DNA of 44,305 bases, from the NCBI GenBank assembly GCA_044224875.1, contig JBGAJQ010000044.1:1-44305 (forward strand), given 5' to 3'. This DNA is from Gemmatimonadaceae bacterium (GTDB lineage: Bacteria; Gemmatimonadota; Gemmatimonadetes; Gemmatimonadales; Gemmatimonadaceae). Below the pieces are notes generated by a model that was not told the origin of the DNA, ran no database searches, and saw only the letters and a program-made list of their open reading frames with translations. The translations under genes were made by a program, and so were the position numbers. Positions 19,901 to 28,046 of the stretch are shown piece by piece. Within the stretch, counting starts at the first letter, position 1. Each line of letters starts with the position of its first letter.

Positions 19901-20048
19901 CAATGTGGCGCCAAGGCAGAGAATCCAACCCCGACGAGGTCGGCGGGGTGCCGACCTGTGCCAAGGAAGGCGAGGCCAACGTAATGGCCATCACGAAAAT
20001 TCGGGTGAACTGAGCATGGATTCGCCGGGTACTGGACACGTTCACCAT
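16932..20048 (-). CDS. Secreted VPS10/sortilin-like BNR (Asp-box) repeat beta-propeller protein
   Basis: WRHIGPA..GGRI, many S/TxDGGxTW Asp-boxes, IHVDHHALWIDP, GNDGG, GGTQDNG, GTDDG.VQLTRD, GTHGRS. Start is ATG 20048 or a nearby ATG. The ORF extension to 20648 is antisense to the next gene. Confidence 0.85.
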   Translation of the reverse strand: MVNVSSTRRIHAQFTRIFVMAITLASPSLAQVGTPPTSSGLDSLPWRHIGPAAFGGRIDDIEAVPSHPGTIYVGSAGGGLFRTTNNGVSWNPVFDRFGGSVSIGDVAIAPSDQNIVWVGTGEPNSRQSSTWGDGVYRSLDGGETWTHMGLRESHHIGRIVIHPRDPNTVFVAALGHLWGPNGERGLYRTRDTGKSWQRVLFVDDNTGVVDVALDADGRTLYAATYQRQRRGFGFVGSGPGSAIYRSLDGGDSWEKLTRGLPTGPSGRIGLAIAPSEPDRVYAIVENRQGGVFRSDDRGVSWRKMNSLDPRPMYYSQLRVDPRHPDRVWVVASNLHKSVDGGKTFTTEHTGDRIHVDHHALWIDPNDSDHMLLGNDGGLYFSYDGAKNWDYINNLPIGQFYDVDIDEREPYWIFGGTQDNGSWGIPSRTTSLLGITNADAVNTAYGDGFYATADRRNPRYVFANSQNGRAYRVDLETREEQGIRPVPNDPKEEYRFNWNSPQLRSPHDPGIVYFGGNKLFRTRDNGMSWEEASPDLTRKLDWKKLPIMGVVRDSTTMSRDDGVDTYGTITTIAESPHGAGVLLVGTDDGQVQLTRDAGKTWQNITDRFHLPTPRWVSRVTWSTSSASIAYVAFDGHADDDMAPNLFRTADGGATWTSIAGDLPNGNPVKSFAEHPRNRDLLVAGTEFGVYVTFDGGRHWRLVTSNVPRVRVDDVVFNERTNDLILGTHGRSIIVLDDARIFEAGDPLASTAPEVTIAPIAPAAQRYQMRMLPSPGSRTFAAPNPAEGAVITYALRTAASAGDTVVRLTIADAAGSNVRTLTGPAGRGVHRLAWDLRYARVDGVTDDDEGWFGVPKGPWVLPGTYTVTLEARGQRKTQTVAVSSDARVTASREALAARHTTEMRLQDLLRTFVAATTLWDGMSKERARVDSVTKARPAARDSLATLLKDVGTRLDSLGTKFRPGFGGPKFRYLDLDGSLQAATAAPTESQQRELRALGTQLGEDVATLNNLLTGAFAELMRRANALGSGTHLKPIDPPRP

Positions 20049-20145
20049 TCTTTGGGCACGCTGCCTGCTGGACATGTCTCCAATTCCGTAGATTGAGGGT
20101 CCGAGTCGCTGCCTTGAACATGCCCGCTTTAGCCCAGTCCGCAAC

Positions 20146-21114
20146 GTGACCACTACAGTCGATCCGACCATCCTCGTTGAACTTGCGAGCATTCGGCGCG
20201 CCGCCGCCGCCCTGAAGGGTCTGGCGGTCCGCACGCCCCTGCTACGTCTGGATGCGTTGGACAAGGAGCTGTGGCTCAAGCCGGAGATGCTGCAGCGGAG
20301 CGGGGCGTTCAAGTTCCGTGGCGCGTACACGTACCTGGCGCGACTCACACCAGAGGCGCGCGCCAAGGGCGTCATCGCCCCCTCGTCAGGCAACCACGCG
20401 CAGGCGGTGGCGCTGGCGGCACGCATGTTCGGGGTGAAGGCGACGGTCGTCATGCCGACGACGGTGTCGCCGGCCAAGCGCGCCGGCGCCGAGCGGCTCG
20501 GTGCAAGAGTTGAGCTGGCGGGGACCACCACGAAGGACCGGATGGACCGGGCGTTGGAGCTGGTGGCCAGCGAGGGGCTGACGCTCGTGCCCCCGTACGA
20601 CGACGCCGACATCATCGCCGGCCAGGGCACCTGCGGGCTCGAGATCACGGAAGACTTGCCGGACGTTCACACGGTCCTCGCGCCGGTGGGGGGCGGTGGG
20701 TGCAGCGCGGGTATCGCCACAGCGGTGAAGCTCACGGCGCCGGGCGCCCGCGTCATTGGCGTTGAACCTGCCGGTGCACCAAAGCTGACCGCCGCCCGTC
20801 AGGCGCAGCAGCCGGTGTTGCTGGATCACACGGAATCCATTGCCGACGGCCTCATGGCCGTGCGGATCGGGTCCATCCCCTTCGCCCACCACCAGGCCTA
20901 CATGGACCAGGTGGTGACGGTGAGCGAACGTGCGATCCGAGACGCCGTACGATTCCTGCTCGACCGGGCGAAGCTGGTGGCGGAGCCGAGTGGCGCCATC
21001 ACGGTGGCGGCGATCATGAGTGGGGCCGTGACGGTCGATGGACCTACGGTGGCCGTGCTTTCCGGTGGCAACATCGAGTGGTCAGGACTCCAAGCGCTGC
21101 TGGGGAATGAGTAG
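20146..21114 (+). CDS. Threonine/serine dehydratase (PLP fold II, no ACT domain; serine racemase-like)
   Basis: RTPL, LWLKPEMLQRSGAFKFRGA, SSGNHAQAVA, IIAGQGTCGLEI, PVGGGG, SIADG, EPSGA, VLSGGN. Confidence 0.88.
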   Translation: MTTTVDPTILVELASIRRAAAALKGLAVRTPLLRLDALDKELWLKPEMLQRSGAFKFRGAYTYLARLTPEARAKGVIAPSSGNHAQAVALAARMFGVKATVVMPTTVSPAKRAGAERLGARVELAGTTTKDRMDRALELVASEGLTLVPPYDDADIIAGQGTCGLEITEDLPDVHTVLAPVGGGGCSAGIATAVKLTAPGARVIGVEPAGAPKLTAARQAQQPVLLDHTESIADGLMAVRIGSIPFAHHQAYMDQVVTVSERAIRDAVRFLLDRAKLVAEPSGAITVAAIMSGAVTVDGPTVAVLSGGNIEWSGLQALLGNE

Positions 21115-22579
21115 CGCTCGAATCCTCGTAGCCGACGACGACCCGGCGGTCCTGCAGACCCTCACCTGGCTCCTGAAGGAGAACGGGTACGAGGTGCACT
21201 CGGTGGCCGAAGGGGCGAAGGTGCTGCCCAGCATGGAGGCCTCTCCGCCGGATCTCGTGCTGCTGGACGTGATGCTCCCGGACGCCGACGGCTACCAGCT
21301 GCTCGAACGGATCAAGGCGGACGATCGCTACCGCGACGTGCCGGTGCTGATGGTGTCGTCCATGCCGCCCGAAGAGGCGGCGGTGCGCACGTTGGGACTG
21401 GGTGCGGCGGACTTCATCAAGAAGCCGTTCCGGGTGAAGGAACTGCTCGCGCGCATGCAGGCACAACTGCGCATGCGCGCGATCCTGCGCTCGGCCAGCG
21501 ATGCCTTGCGCAAGACGGAGGAACAGCTGCAACGCGTGCAGGAAGAGGCCGAGAGCCGCCGGCAGCTGGTCGACATCCTCCACGACGTGACGGACGAACT
21601 CTCGACGGACGAGATGTATCACGTGCTGGCGCGCCGTGTGGCCCGTGCGTTGGAGCTGACGCACTGCAGCGTCATCCTGGCCCGGGACGGCGACCGGCCG
21701 CGAGTGGTGGCCACCGCCTTCGAAATGGCACCATCGCGGGACTTCGTGTTGAACCTGGACCGCTACCCGGAGGTGCGCGAGGCACTGCGCACGGGACGCC
21801 CCGTGCTGGTGGAGGACGTCCGTACCAGCCCGCTCTACGAGAAGGTACGGGACGAGTGGGTGCGTGAGGGCATGTCCGTCACCACGCGAAGCGTGATCGC
21901 GCTGCCGTTCGCGCTGGAACCGAATCAGGCCGGGGTGTTCTTCCTGCGGCGGAGCCTCACCGAGCCGCCCCTCACCAAGGAAGACATGGAGTTCGCCAAC
22001 ACCGTCATCAAGGCCGCGGCATCGGCCAACCAGCGGCGCAAGCTGTTGGAGACGACGATCGCGGACAACCGGCGGCTCGAGGTACTGGCACACACGGATC
22101 CGCTGACCGAAGTACTGAATCGCCGGGCGCTCACCGAGCGGCTGGTGGCCGAGATGGAGCGCGTGAAGCGCTACGAGTCCACGATGTCGTTCCTGCTGAT
22201 CGACCTGGATCACTTCAAGCGGGTAAACGACACGCACGGTCACCTGGTCGGCGATGACGTGCTGATGGAAGTGGCGTCGCTCCTGCAGCGAGCGGTGCGT
22301 GCCGTAGACGTGGTGGCACGCTATGGTGGCGAGGAATTCGTGATCGTCCTTCCCGAGACGGGAGTGGTTGGCGCCACGGCCTTTGCCGAACGAATCCGCG
22401 AGCTCATCGAGTCACATGCCTTCACGCAGGTCCGCGGCCAACCGTTGCGCCTGACGACCAGCGTTGGCGTCGCGTGCTATCCGGTTCCAGGTGTTGAGAC
22501 AGTGGAAGACCTGTTTGCCGCCGCCGACCAGGCCCTCTACCGGGCCAAGGCCGAGGGGCGCAACCGGGTGCGCGCCTAG
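21107..22579 (+). CDS. Diguanylate cyclase, REC-GAF-GGDEF
   Basis: ILVADDD...DLVLLDVMLP...FIKKPF receiver domain; GAF-like middle; TDPLT.VLNRR, IDLDHFKRVNDTHGHLVGD, RAVD I-site, RYGGEEF, ADQALYRAK.EGRNRV. Confidence 0.92.
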   Translation: MSSARILVADDDPAVLQTLTWLLKENGYEVHSVAEGAKVLPSMEASPPDLVLLDVMLPDADGYQLLERIKADDRYRDVPVLMVSSMPPEEAAVRTLGLGAADFIKKPFRVKELLARMQAQLRMRAILRSASDALRKTEEQLQRVQEEAESRRQLVDILHDVTDELSTDEMYHVLARRVARALELTHCSVILARDGDRPRVVATAFEMAPSRDFVLNLDRYPEVREALRTGRPVLVEDVRTSPLYEKVRDEWVREGMSVTTRSVIALPFALEPNQAGVFFLRRSLTEPPLTKEDMEFANTVIKAAASANQRRKLLETTIADNRRLEVLAHTDPLTEVLNRRALTERLVAEMERVKRYESTMSFLLIDLDHFKRVNDTHGHLVGDDVLMEVASLLQRAVRAVDVVARYGGEEFVIVLPETGVVGATAFAERIRELIESHAFTQVRGQPLRLTTSVGVACYPVPGVETVEDLFAAADQALYRAKAEGRNRVRA

Positions 22580-22656
22580 ATTTCCCCGGGGCGCCGCCCA
22601 GATTTGTGCCAGCGCGGCGCGGTGGAGCGCCGCCTCATTGCCTCCGGAGATACCTG

Positions 22657-23790
22657 ATGCGCGTCCTGGTCGCGGCCATGCTGGCCGTCCTGCCGCTCGC
22701 CCCCAACGTCGCCCAGTCGCAGAACTTCGCGCCGACTCCCGCCGACTTGCCGGACAAGGCGATGGACGGCCGCCTGAACGTGCCGCCGGGCGTGAAAATG
22801 GCCACGTTCGCCAAGGTCCAGGGGGTTCGCTTCATGGCGTTAGGTCCTGGAGGCGTCGTGTACGCGAGCCAGCCGGGCAAGGGCCAGGTGGTTCGTCTGG
22901 TCGATGCCGATGGGAATGGCGAGGCGGAGTTGCAGGAGGTGGTCGTGAGCGGTCAGGACCGCCCACATGGACTGGCAGTGAAAGGGGGGTGGTTGTACAT
23001 CGCGAACACCAACGCCTTGGTGCGGGCGAAGCTGGACGCCGCCGGACGTGTCACGGGCGCGGTGGAGAAGGTCGCCGAATACAGCGGCGGTGGGGGGCAC
23101 TGGTCCCGAACGGTCGTGTTTGGAGCTGACGGCAACCTCTACGTCTCCATCGGCTCCACCTGCAACATCTGCGAGGAAAGCAATGAGGATCGCGCCGCTG
23201 TGCTCCGTTTCAACGCCGACGGCTCCAACCGTGTGGTCTTCGCCAAGGGGTTGCGGAACGCCGTCGGCATGGCCGTGCATCCCGCGACGCGCGAGATCTG
23301 GGTGACCCAGAACGAGCGCGACAACCTGGCGCCCGATCATCAGGAACTGCCCGCCGAGGAAATCAACATCCTGCACCAGGGCGCCGACTACGGCTGGCCC
23401 TACTGCTACGGTGATCGTGTCCCGAACCCGGAATACCGGAACGCCTCGCGTTGCGCCGGCACCGTGCCGCCCGCCCTCTCCATGCAGGCGCACTCCGCGC
23501 CGTTAGGCATCGCCTTCCTTGCCAACGCCAGCAAGTTTCCAGCGGATTGGCGCTCGGACGCGCTGGTGGCCTTTCATGGATCGTGGAATCGCGAAGTCCC
23601 CACGGGGGCAAAGGTCGTCCGCATTCGCGTTGCCGACGGGAAGCCCGTTGGATACGAGGACTTCATCACCGGGTGGCAAGGGAGCAACGGTCAGCGCTGG
23701 GGACGCCCGGTGGACGTGCTGGTGCATGCCGATGGCTCCGTCCTGATCTCCGACGATCAGTCGGGCACCATCTACCGGGTCTGGAAGTGA
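22657..23790 (+). CDS. Secreted glucose/sorbosone dehydrogenase family (PQQ-type beta-propeller)
   Basis: Signal peptide; GGHWSRT, LYVSIGSTCN.C, GLRNAVG, DYGWPYC, AHSAPLG, AFHGSWNR, WGRPVDV, SDD. SD GGAG. Confidence 0.87.
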   Translation: MRVLVAAMLAVLPLAPNVAQSQNFAPTPADLPDKAMDGRLNVPPGVKMATFAKVQGVRFMALGPGGVVYASQPGKGQVVRLVDADGNGEAELQEVVVSGQDRPHGLAVKGGWLYIANTNALVRAKLDAAGRVTGAVEKVAEYSGGGGHWSRTVVFGADGNLYVSIGSTCNICEESNEDRAAVLRFNADGSNRVVFAKGLRNAVGMAVHPATREIWVTQNERDNLAPDHQELPAEEINILHQGADYGWPYCYGDRVPNPEYRNASRCAGTVPPALSMQAHSAPLGIAFLANASKFPADWRSDALVAFHGSWNREVPTGAKVVRIRVADGKPVGYEDFITGWQGSNGQRWGRPVDVLVHADGSVLISDDQSGTIYRVWK

Positions 23791-25451
23791 GGCCGCTCGC
23801 CCAGGCCGCGAGCACCGCGGCATTGCTCGCCCTCGCCGCCGTGACGGCGACGGCGCAGGGGACTTCTCGATCGGCGGCGTATCGTCCGGGCATCGACGTC
23901 GTCGACTATGTCTTCCACGTCGATTTTCCCTCGCGCGCGCCGGTGACATCGATCGATGTGGCCGAAGTCGTCTCACTGAAGCGAACGGCGCCAGTCGACA
24001 CGTTGGTCCTGGACCTGCTTGCCCCGATGCAAGTGACCGAAGCGCGCGTGAATGGCTCGGCCGCAATGTTCGAGCGCGATGCCAAGACGGTCCGCATCGC
24101 CCTGCCTGCTCTCAAGGGGAGTCGTGACTCGTTGCAGGTGACGCTGCGCTACCATGGCCTGCCCAGCGACGGGCTGGTGATCCGTGCCGATTCGTTGTCG
24201 GGGCGATGGACGGCCTTCGGCGACAACTATCCAGATCGGGCGCGCCACTGGCTGGCGACGGTTGACCATCCGTCGGACAAGGCGACCGTGACCTGGGAAG
24301 TACGGACGCCACTGGGTGTGCGAGTCGTGGCCAACGGTGACCTGCTCGAGGAGTCGCTGGAGGCGGCTCCGTCAGGGGCAACGCCGATGGTCGTCACGCG
24401 GTGGCGGGAATCTCGGCCGATCTACACCGCCGTGATGGTCATTGGGGCGGCGCCCTTTGCCGTGTACGAACTCGGGAACACGGCGTGCGGACTCGGAGAA
24501 TTTCCGGGGTGCGTCCGCCAATCCGTGTGGGTTGCACCCGACGTCCGGAGCACACTTCCCGGCGCCTTTGCCAGGGCGGGCGATATCGTCGCCCTGTTCT
24601 CGCGGCTCGTCGGGCCGTACCCCTACGAGAAGTTGGCGCACGTGGAAAGTTGGACCCGGTGGGGAGGCATGGAAAACGCGGGCAACATCTTCTACGCCGA
24701 CGGGATTTTCCGGCGCAACGCGATGAGCGAGGGGCTGATCGCGCACGAAACCGCCCACCAGTGGTTCGGCGATGCCGTTACGGAACGCGAGTGGCCACAT
24801 GTGTGGCTGTCCGAGGGCTTCGCGACGTATTTCGCGGCGCTCTGGACCGAGCATTCCAAGGGTGACAGTGCCTTTCGCGCGGAAATGACGGCGATGCGCG
24901 ACGAACTGATCAAGATGCCGCTGACTTCGAATGAGCCAATCGTGCGGACGGCGGTCCCCGATCTCAACAAGCTGCTGAACTCCAACGTGTACCAGAAGGC
25001 CGGGTTCGGTCTGCACATGCTGCGTCGTGAGATTGGCGACTCGGCGTTCTACCGAGGCATTCGATCGTACTACATGAAGTACCGCCATGGAAACGCGCTG
25101 ACCGCCGACTTCCAGCGTGAGGTGGAGGCCGCGGCCAATACGAAGCTCGACTGGTTCTTCGAGCAGTGGTACTATCGGCCGGGTTACGCGGACCTGGGTG
25201 TGAGTTGGCGGTATGATCAGGCGCGGCGCTCGATCCTGGTCACGGTGAGCCAGAACGAAAAGCGACCGCCCTATCGCCTAACGCTTCCGATCGAGATCAC
25301 GACATCGACGGGCAAGGTGGTCCGGACAAAGGTGATGGTGCCGGCCACACGAGTCGGTACGATTCCGGTACCGGCGACGTTGGACGGCGCGCCGAAGATC
25401 GTTCGGTTCGATCCCGACGTGTCGCTGCTCGCTACCATCACGAGTCGTTAG
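23787..25451 (+). CDS. Secreted M1-family metallo-aminopeptidase
   Basis: DHPSDKAT, GGMEN, AHETAHQWFG...WLSEGFATY (HExxH-x18-E), VYQKAG..LHMLR. GTG 23787 overlaps the upstream TGA. Confidence 0.9.
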   Translation: MRPLAQAASTAALLALAAVTATAQGTSRSAAYRPGIDVVDYVFHVDFPSRAPVTSIDVAEVVSLKRTAPVDTLVLDLLAPMQVTEARVNGSAAMFERDAKTVRIALPALKGSRDSLQVTLRYHGLPSDGLVIRADSLSGRWTAFGDNYPDRARHWLATVDHPSDKATVTWEVRTPLGVRVVANGDLLEESLEAAPSGATPMVVTRWRESRPIYTAVMVIGAAPFAVYELGNTACGLGEFPGCVRQSVWVAPDVRSTLPGAFARAGDIVALFSRLVGPYPYEKLAHVESWTRWGGMENAGNIFYADGIFRRNAMSEGLIAHETAHQWFGDAVTEREWPHVWLSEGFATYFAALWTEHSKGDSAFRAEMTAMRDELIKMPLTSNEPIVRTAVPDLNKLLNSNVYQKAGFGLHMLRREIGDSAFYRGIRSYYMKYRHGNALTADFQREVEAAANTKLDWFFEQWYYRPGYADLGVSWRYDQARRSILVTVSQNEKRPPYRLTLPIEITTSTGKVVRTKVMVPATRVGTIPVPATLDGAPKIVRFDPDVSLLATITSR

Positions 25452-25540
25452 GCCCGGTCGTGGGCAGTTCGTCCGGTACGCGCCGGGAGGCCAATGCCGG
25501 TCCGATTTACCGAGTGCAGCGGCACCTATTTGGGCTCCCC

Positions 25541-25569
25541 ATGACACGGATCAGCGGCGTCGTTAAATT
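25541..25569 (+). promoter_or_regulatory. Candidate sigma70 promoter
   Basis: ATGACA - 17 nt - TAAATT in an AT-richer patch 40 nt upstream of ATG 25610. Confidence 0.45.
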
Positions 25570-25609
25570 CTAAGGCTGTCAAAAAACGCCCTTTGGAGAC
25601 GCGTAAGCC

Positions 25610-26755
25610 ATGCGGATGCTCGTGTTAGGTGCCGGTTTGCAGGGTTCGGCCTGCGCCTTTGATCTCTTGCAACAGTCGGACGTGACCGAGGTCCTCATCG
25701 CCGACCTCAAAGTCGATGTGTTGCCTGCCTTCCTGCAGCCATACGTCGGCAACCGACTGAAGCCGATTGTGCTCGATGTGCGAGACCTGGACGCGGTGCG
25801 CGCCGTGATGGCCCAGTGCCGCGCCGTGATGAGCGCGATTCCCTACTACTTCAACCTCGACCTGGCCAAGCTGGCCGTTGAAGTCGGGGTGCACTTCTGC
25901 GACCTGGGCGGCAACACCGAAATCGTCTCCAAGCAGAAGGCAATGCACGATCGTGCGATCGCGAAGGGCGTGAGTGTTGTACCTGACTGCGGCGTTGCAC
26001 CAGGCATGGTGAACATCCTGTCGCAATACGGCATCGAGCAGTTGGACGCCACCGACTCCGTCAGGATCTACGTCGGCGGGCTGCCGCAGCATCCCATGCC
26101 GCCGCTCAACTACCAGATCGTGTACTCGCTGGAAGGCGTGCTCGATTACTACACGACGCTTTCCTGGGTCGTCCGTGACGGGAAGCGCCAACAGGTGAAG
26201 GCGCTGAGCGAACTGGAAACCGTGGACTTTCCCGCACCGGTGGGGAAGCTCGAGGCGTTCCACACGGCAGGTGGCTTGTCCACCATGGCGTTCCGCTACG
26301 AAGGCAAGATTCGCACAATGGAGTACAAGACACTCCGTTATCCGGGCCACGCGGTGATCATGGAAGCCATTCGCGAGCTTGGGCTGTTGGACCTGGAAGC
26401 GGTGAACGTGAAGGGCGTACAGGTGGTTCCACGCGACGTCGCGGTCGCCGTGATGGGTCCGCGTCTCACCAAGAAGAAGAGCCCGGACCTGGTGGCGTTG
26501 CGGGTGACGGTGACAGGCACCAAGGCGGGGGCACCCAAGACGGTCGGCTGGCAACTCGTCGACTACGCCGATGAAGCGCGTGGCATTTCGGCGATGATGC
26601 GGACCACCGGGTATTCGCTGTCCATCACGGGTTTGATGCAGGTGCGGGGCCAGGTCCGTGCGAAGGGCGTATGCACGCCGGACGAGACGATGCCCGGCGC
26701 GGAATACATCGCCGAACTTCGCACGCGTGGCATTGCGCTGAAGGACATCGGGTAG
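25610..26755 (+). CDS. Saccharopine dehydrogenase / lysine 6-dehydrogenase family
   Basis: VLGAGLQG, FCDLGGN, PDCGVAPG, YVGGLP, PPLNY, LEAFHTAGG, EYKTLRYPGH, SAMMRTTG. Confidence 0.88.
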   Translation: MRMLVLGAGLQGSACAFDLLQQSDVTEVLIADLKVDVLPAFLQPYVGNRLKPIVLDVRDLDAVRAVMAQCRAVMSAIPYYFNLDLAKLAVEVGVHFCDLGGNTEIVSKQKAMHDRAIAKGVSVVPDCGVAPGMVNILSQYGIEQLDATDSVRIYVGGLPQHPMPPLNYQIVYSLEGVLDYYTTLSWVVRDGKRQQVKALSELETVDFPAPVGKLEAFHTAGGLSTMAFRYEGKIRTMEYKTLRYPGHAVIMEAIRELGLLDLEAVNVKGVQVVPRDVAVAVMGPRLTKKKSPDLVALRVTVTGTKAGAPKTVGWQLVDYADEARGISAMMRTTGYSLSITGLMQVRGQVRAKGVCTPDETMPGAEYIAELRTRGIALKDIG

Positions 26756-26761
26756 AGGCGC

Positions 26762-27304
26762 GTGACCTTCCAGCTCGATCGTGCCATCGAGGTACTCGGA
26801 CGCACGCCGGCGGTAATTCGCGAGCTGCTCGCGGGTCTCTCCGATGAGTGGATTCGCTGCACTGAAGGGCCCGATACCTTCTCCCCGTTCGACAACCTCG
26901 GTCACTTGGTTGATGGTGAGGAAACGGACTGGGTGCAGCGAATGGAGTTGATCCTGACGACCGGGACTCAGGTGCCGTTCACGCCGTACGATCGCTTCCG
27001 CCACTTCCAACGGAACAAGGGGCGCACGCTGTCGTCGTTGCTGGATGAGTTCGCGCAGCTCCGCGCGCGTAACCTCGAGAAGATCATGAGGTGGCAGCTG
27101 ACGGACGTCCAGTTGGACCTGGTTGGGTCACATCCCGGTCTCGGGATCGTGACGCTTCGCCAGCTCCTGTCAGCTTATGTGGTCCATGACCTCGGCCATA
27201 TCGCGCAGGTCGCCCGGGTGATGGCGAAGCAGTATCGGGCGGACATCGGCCCGTGGGCGGAGTACCTTCCCGTGGTCTGGGAGCGGAAGGCGCGCGGCGA
27301 GTGA
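26762..27304 (+). CDS. DinB-family protein
   Basis: LGRTPAVI, EGPDTFSPFDNLGHL..GEETDW, HPGLG.VTLRQLL..YVVHDLGHIAQ. Confidence 0.85.
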   Translation: MTFQLDRAIEVLGRTPAVIRELLAGLSDEWIRCTEGPDTFSPFDNLGHLVDGEETDWVQRMELILTTGTQVPFTPYDRFRHFQRNKGRTLSSLLDEFAQLRARNLEKIMRWQLTDVQLDLVGSHPGLGIVTLRQLLSAYVVHDLGHIAQVARVMAKQYRADIGPWAEYLPVVWERKARGE

Positions 27305-27509
27305 TCGCGTGAAAGCGGTGTGACGCGGCTGAGTCGGATAAGCGTCGGGCCGACCATGCACGGATGCCTTATACGTGAGTCGTCAGCCCAGCCAATCGAA
27401 CGGTGTGCAAGGCGGGATTCGCGAGGGCCTTTGCACCTGAACGATGCGCGCCCTACATTGCAGAGAACGCGCAGAATCGGATCGAAGGGCGAGTTCGGGA
27501 GGACGACGG

Positions 27510-28025
27510 ATGAGATCCCAACTGTTCGGCTTGGCACTGATCCTCGCGCTGGCTGGGTGCAAAGATTCGCCGACGCAGCCGGCCACGAACCAAACGCCAC
27601 ACCTTCGCGCCCAGATCGATGGCTTGCTGTTCCAGCCCGATTACCTGGACTATTCGCTGAGCACGAGTGGCAATCGAATGCGCATCAATGGCGCCATCTC
27701 GTTGGTGGCGGTGTCGCAGCGGCAGCTCACCCTCGATCTGGTATGGAAGGGGAAGGGGACGTACGACCTCGGGCCAGCGATCGGTGGGAGCAACTTCGCC
27801 TTCGTGTACGACACCGATGTGAATTCTAAGGCCGTTGGCGAGTGGTATACGACGACAACTGAGGTCGGGACGGTGACGGTCACGGAGTTCAACGCCGCGT
27901 CGCACTGGGTAGCCGGAACGTTCGGGTTCCGGGCCACAAGCGCGTTAGGCGGCGACGTGCTCAATGGCCCGCAGATGAACATCACGCAGGGGACGTTCGC
28001 CGGTTACTATTTCGTCGATCCCTAG
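27510..28025 (+). CDS. Hypothetical lipoprotein (beta-rich, DUF6252-like)
   Basis: SD GGAGG; lipobox LAGC; GTVTVTEF...VAGTFGF, ITQGTF. Confidence 0.7.
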   Translation: MRSQLFGLALILALAGCKDSPTQPATNQTPHLRAQIDGLLFQPDYLDYSLSTSGNRMRINGAISLVAVSQRQLTLDLVWKGKGTYDLGPAIGGSNFAFVYDTDVNSKAVGEWYTTTTEVGTVTVTEFNAASHWVAGTFGFRATSALGGDVLNGPQMNITQGTFAGYYFVDP

Positions 28026-28046
28026 CCGAGGGGCGCGCCGTTCCGG

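Noticed and set aside
20049..20648. N-terminal 200 codons of the 1238-aa ORF
   Set aside because: Antisense shadow of the dehydratase gene. The real protein begins at the signal peptide near 20048.
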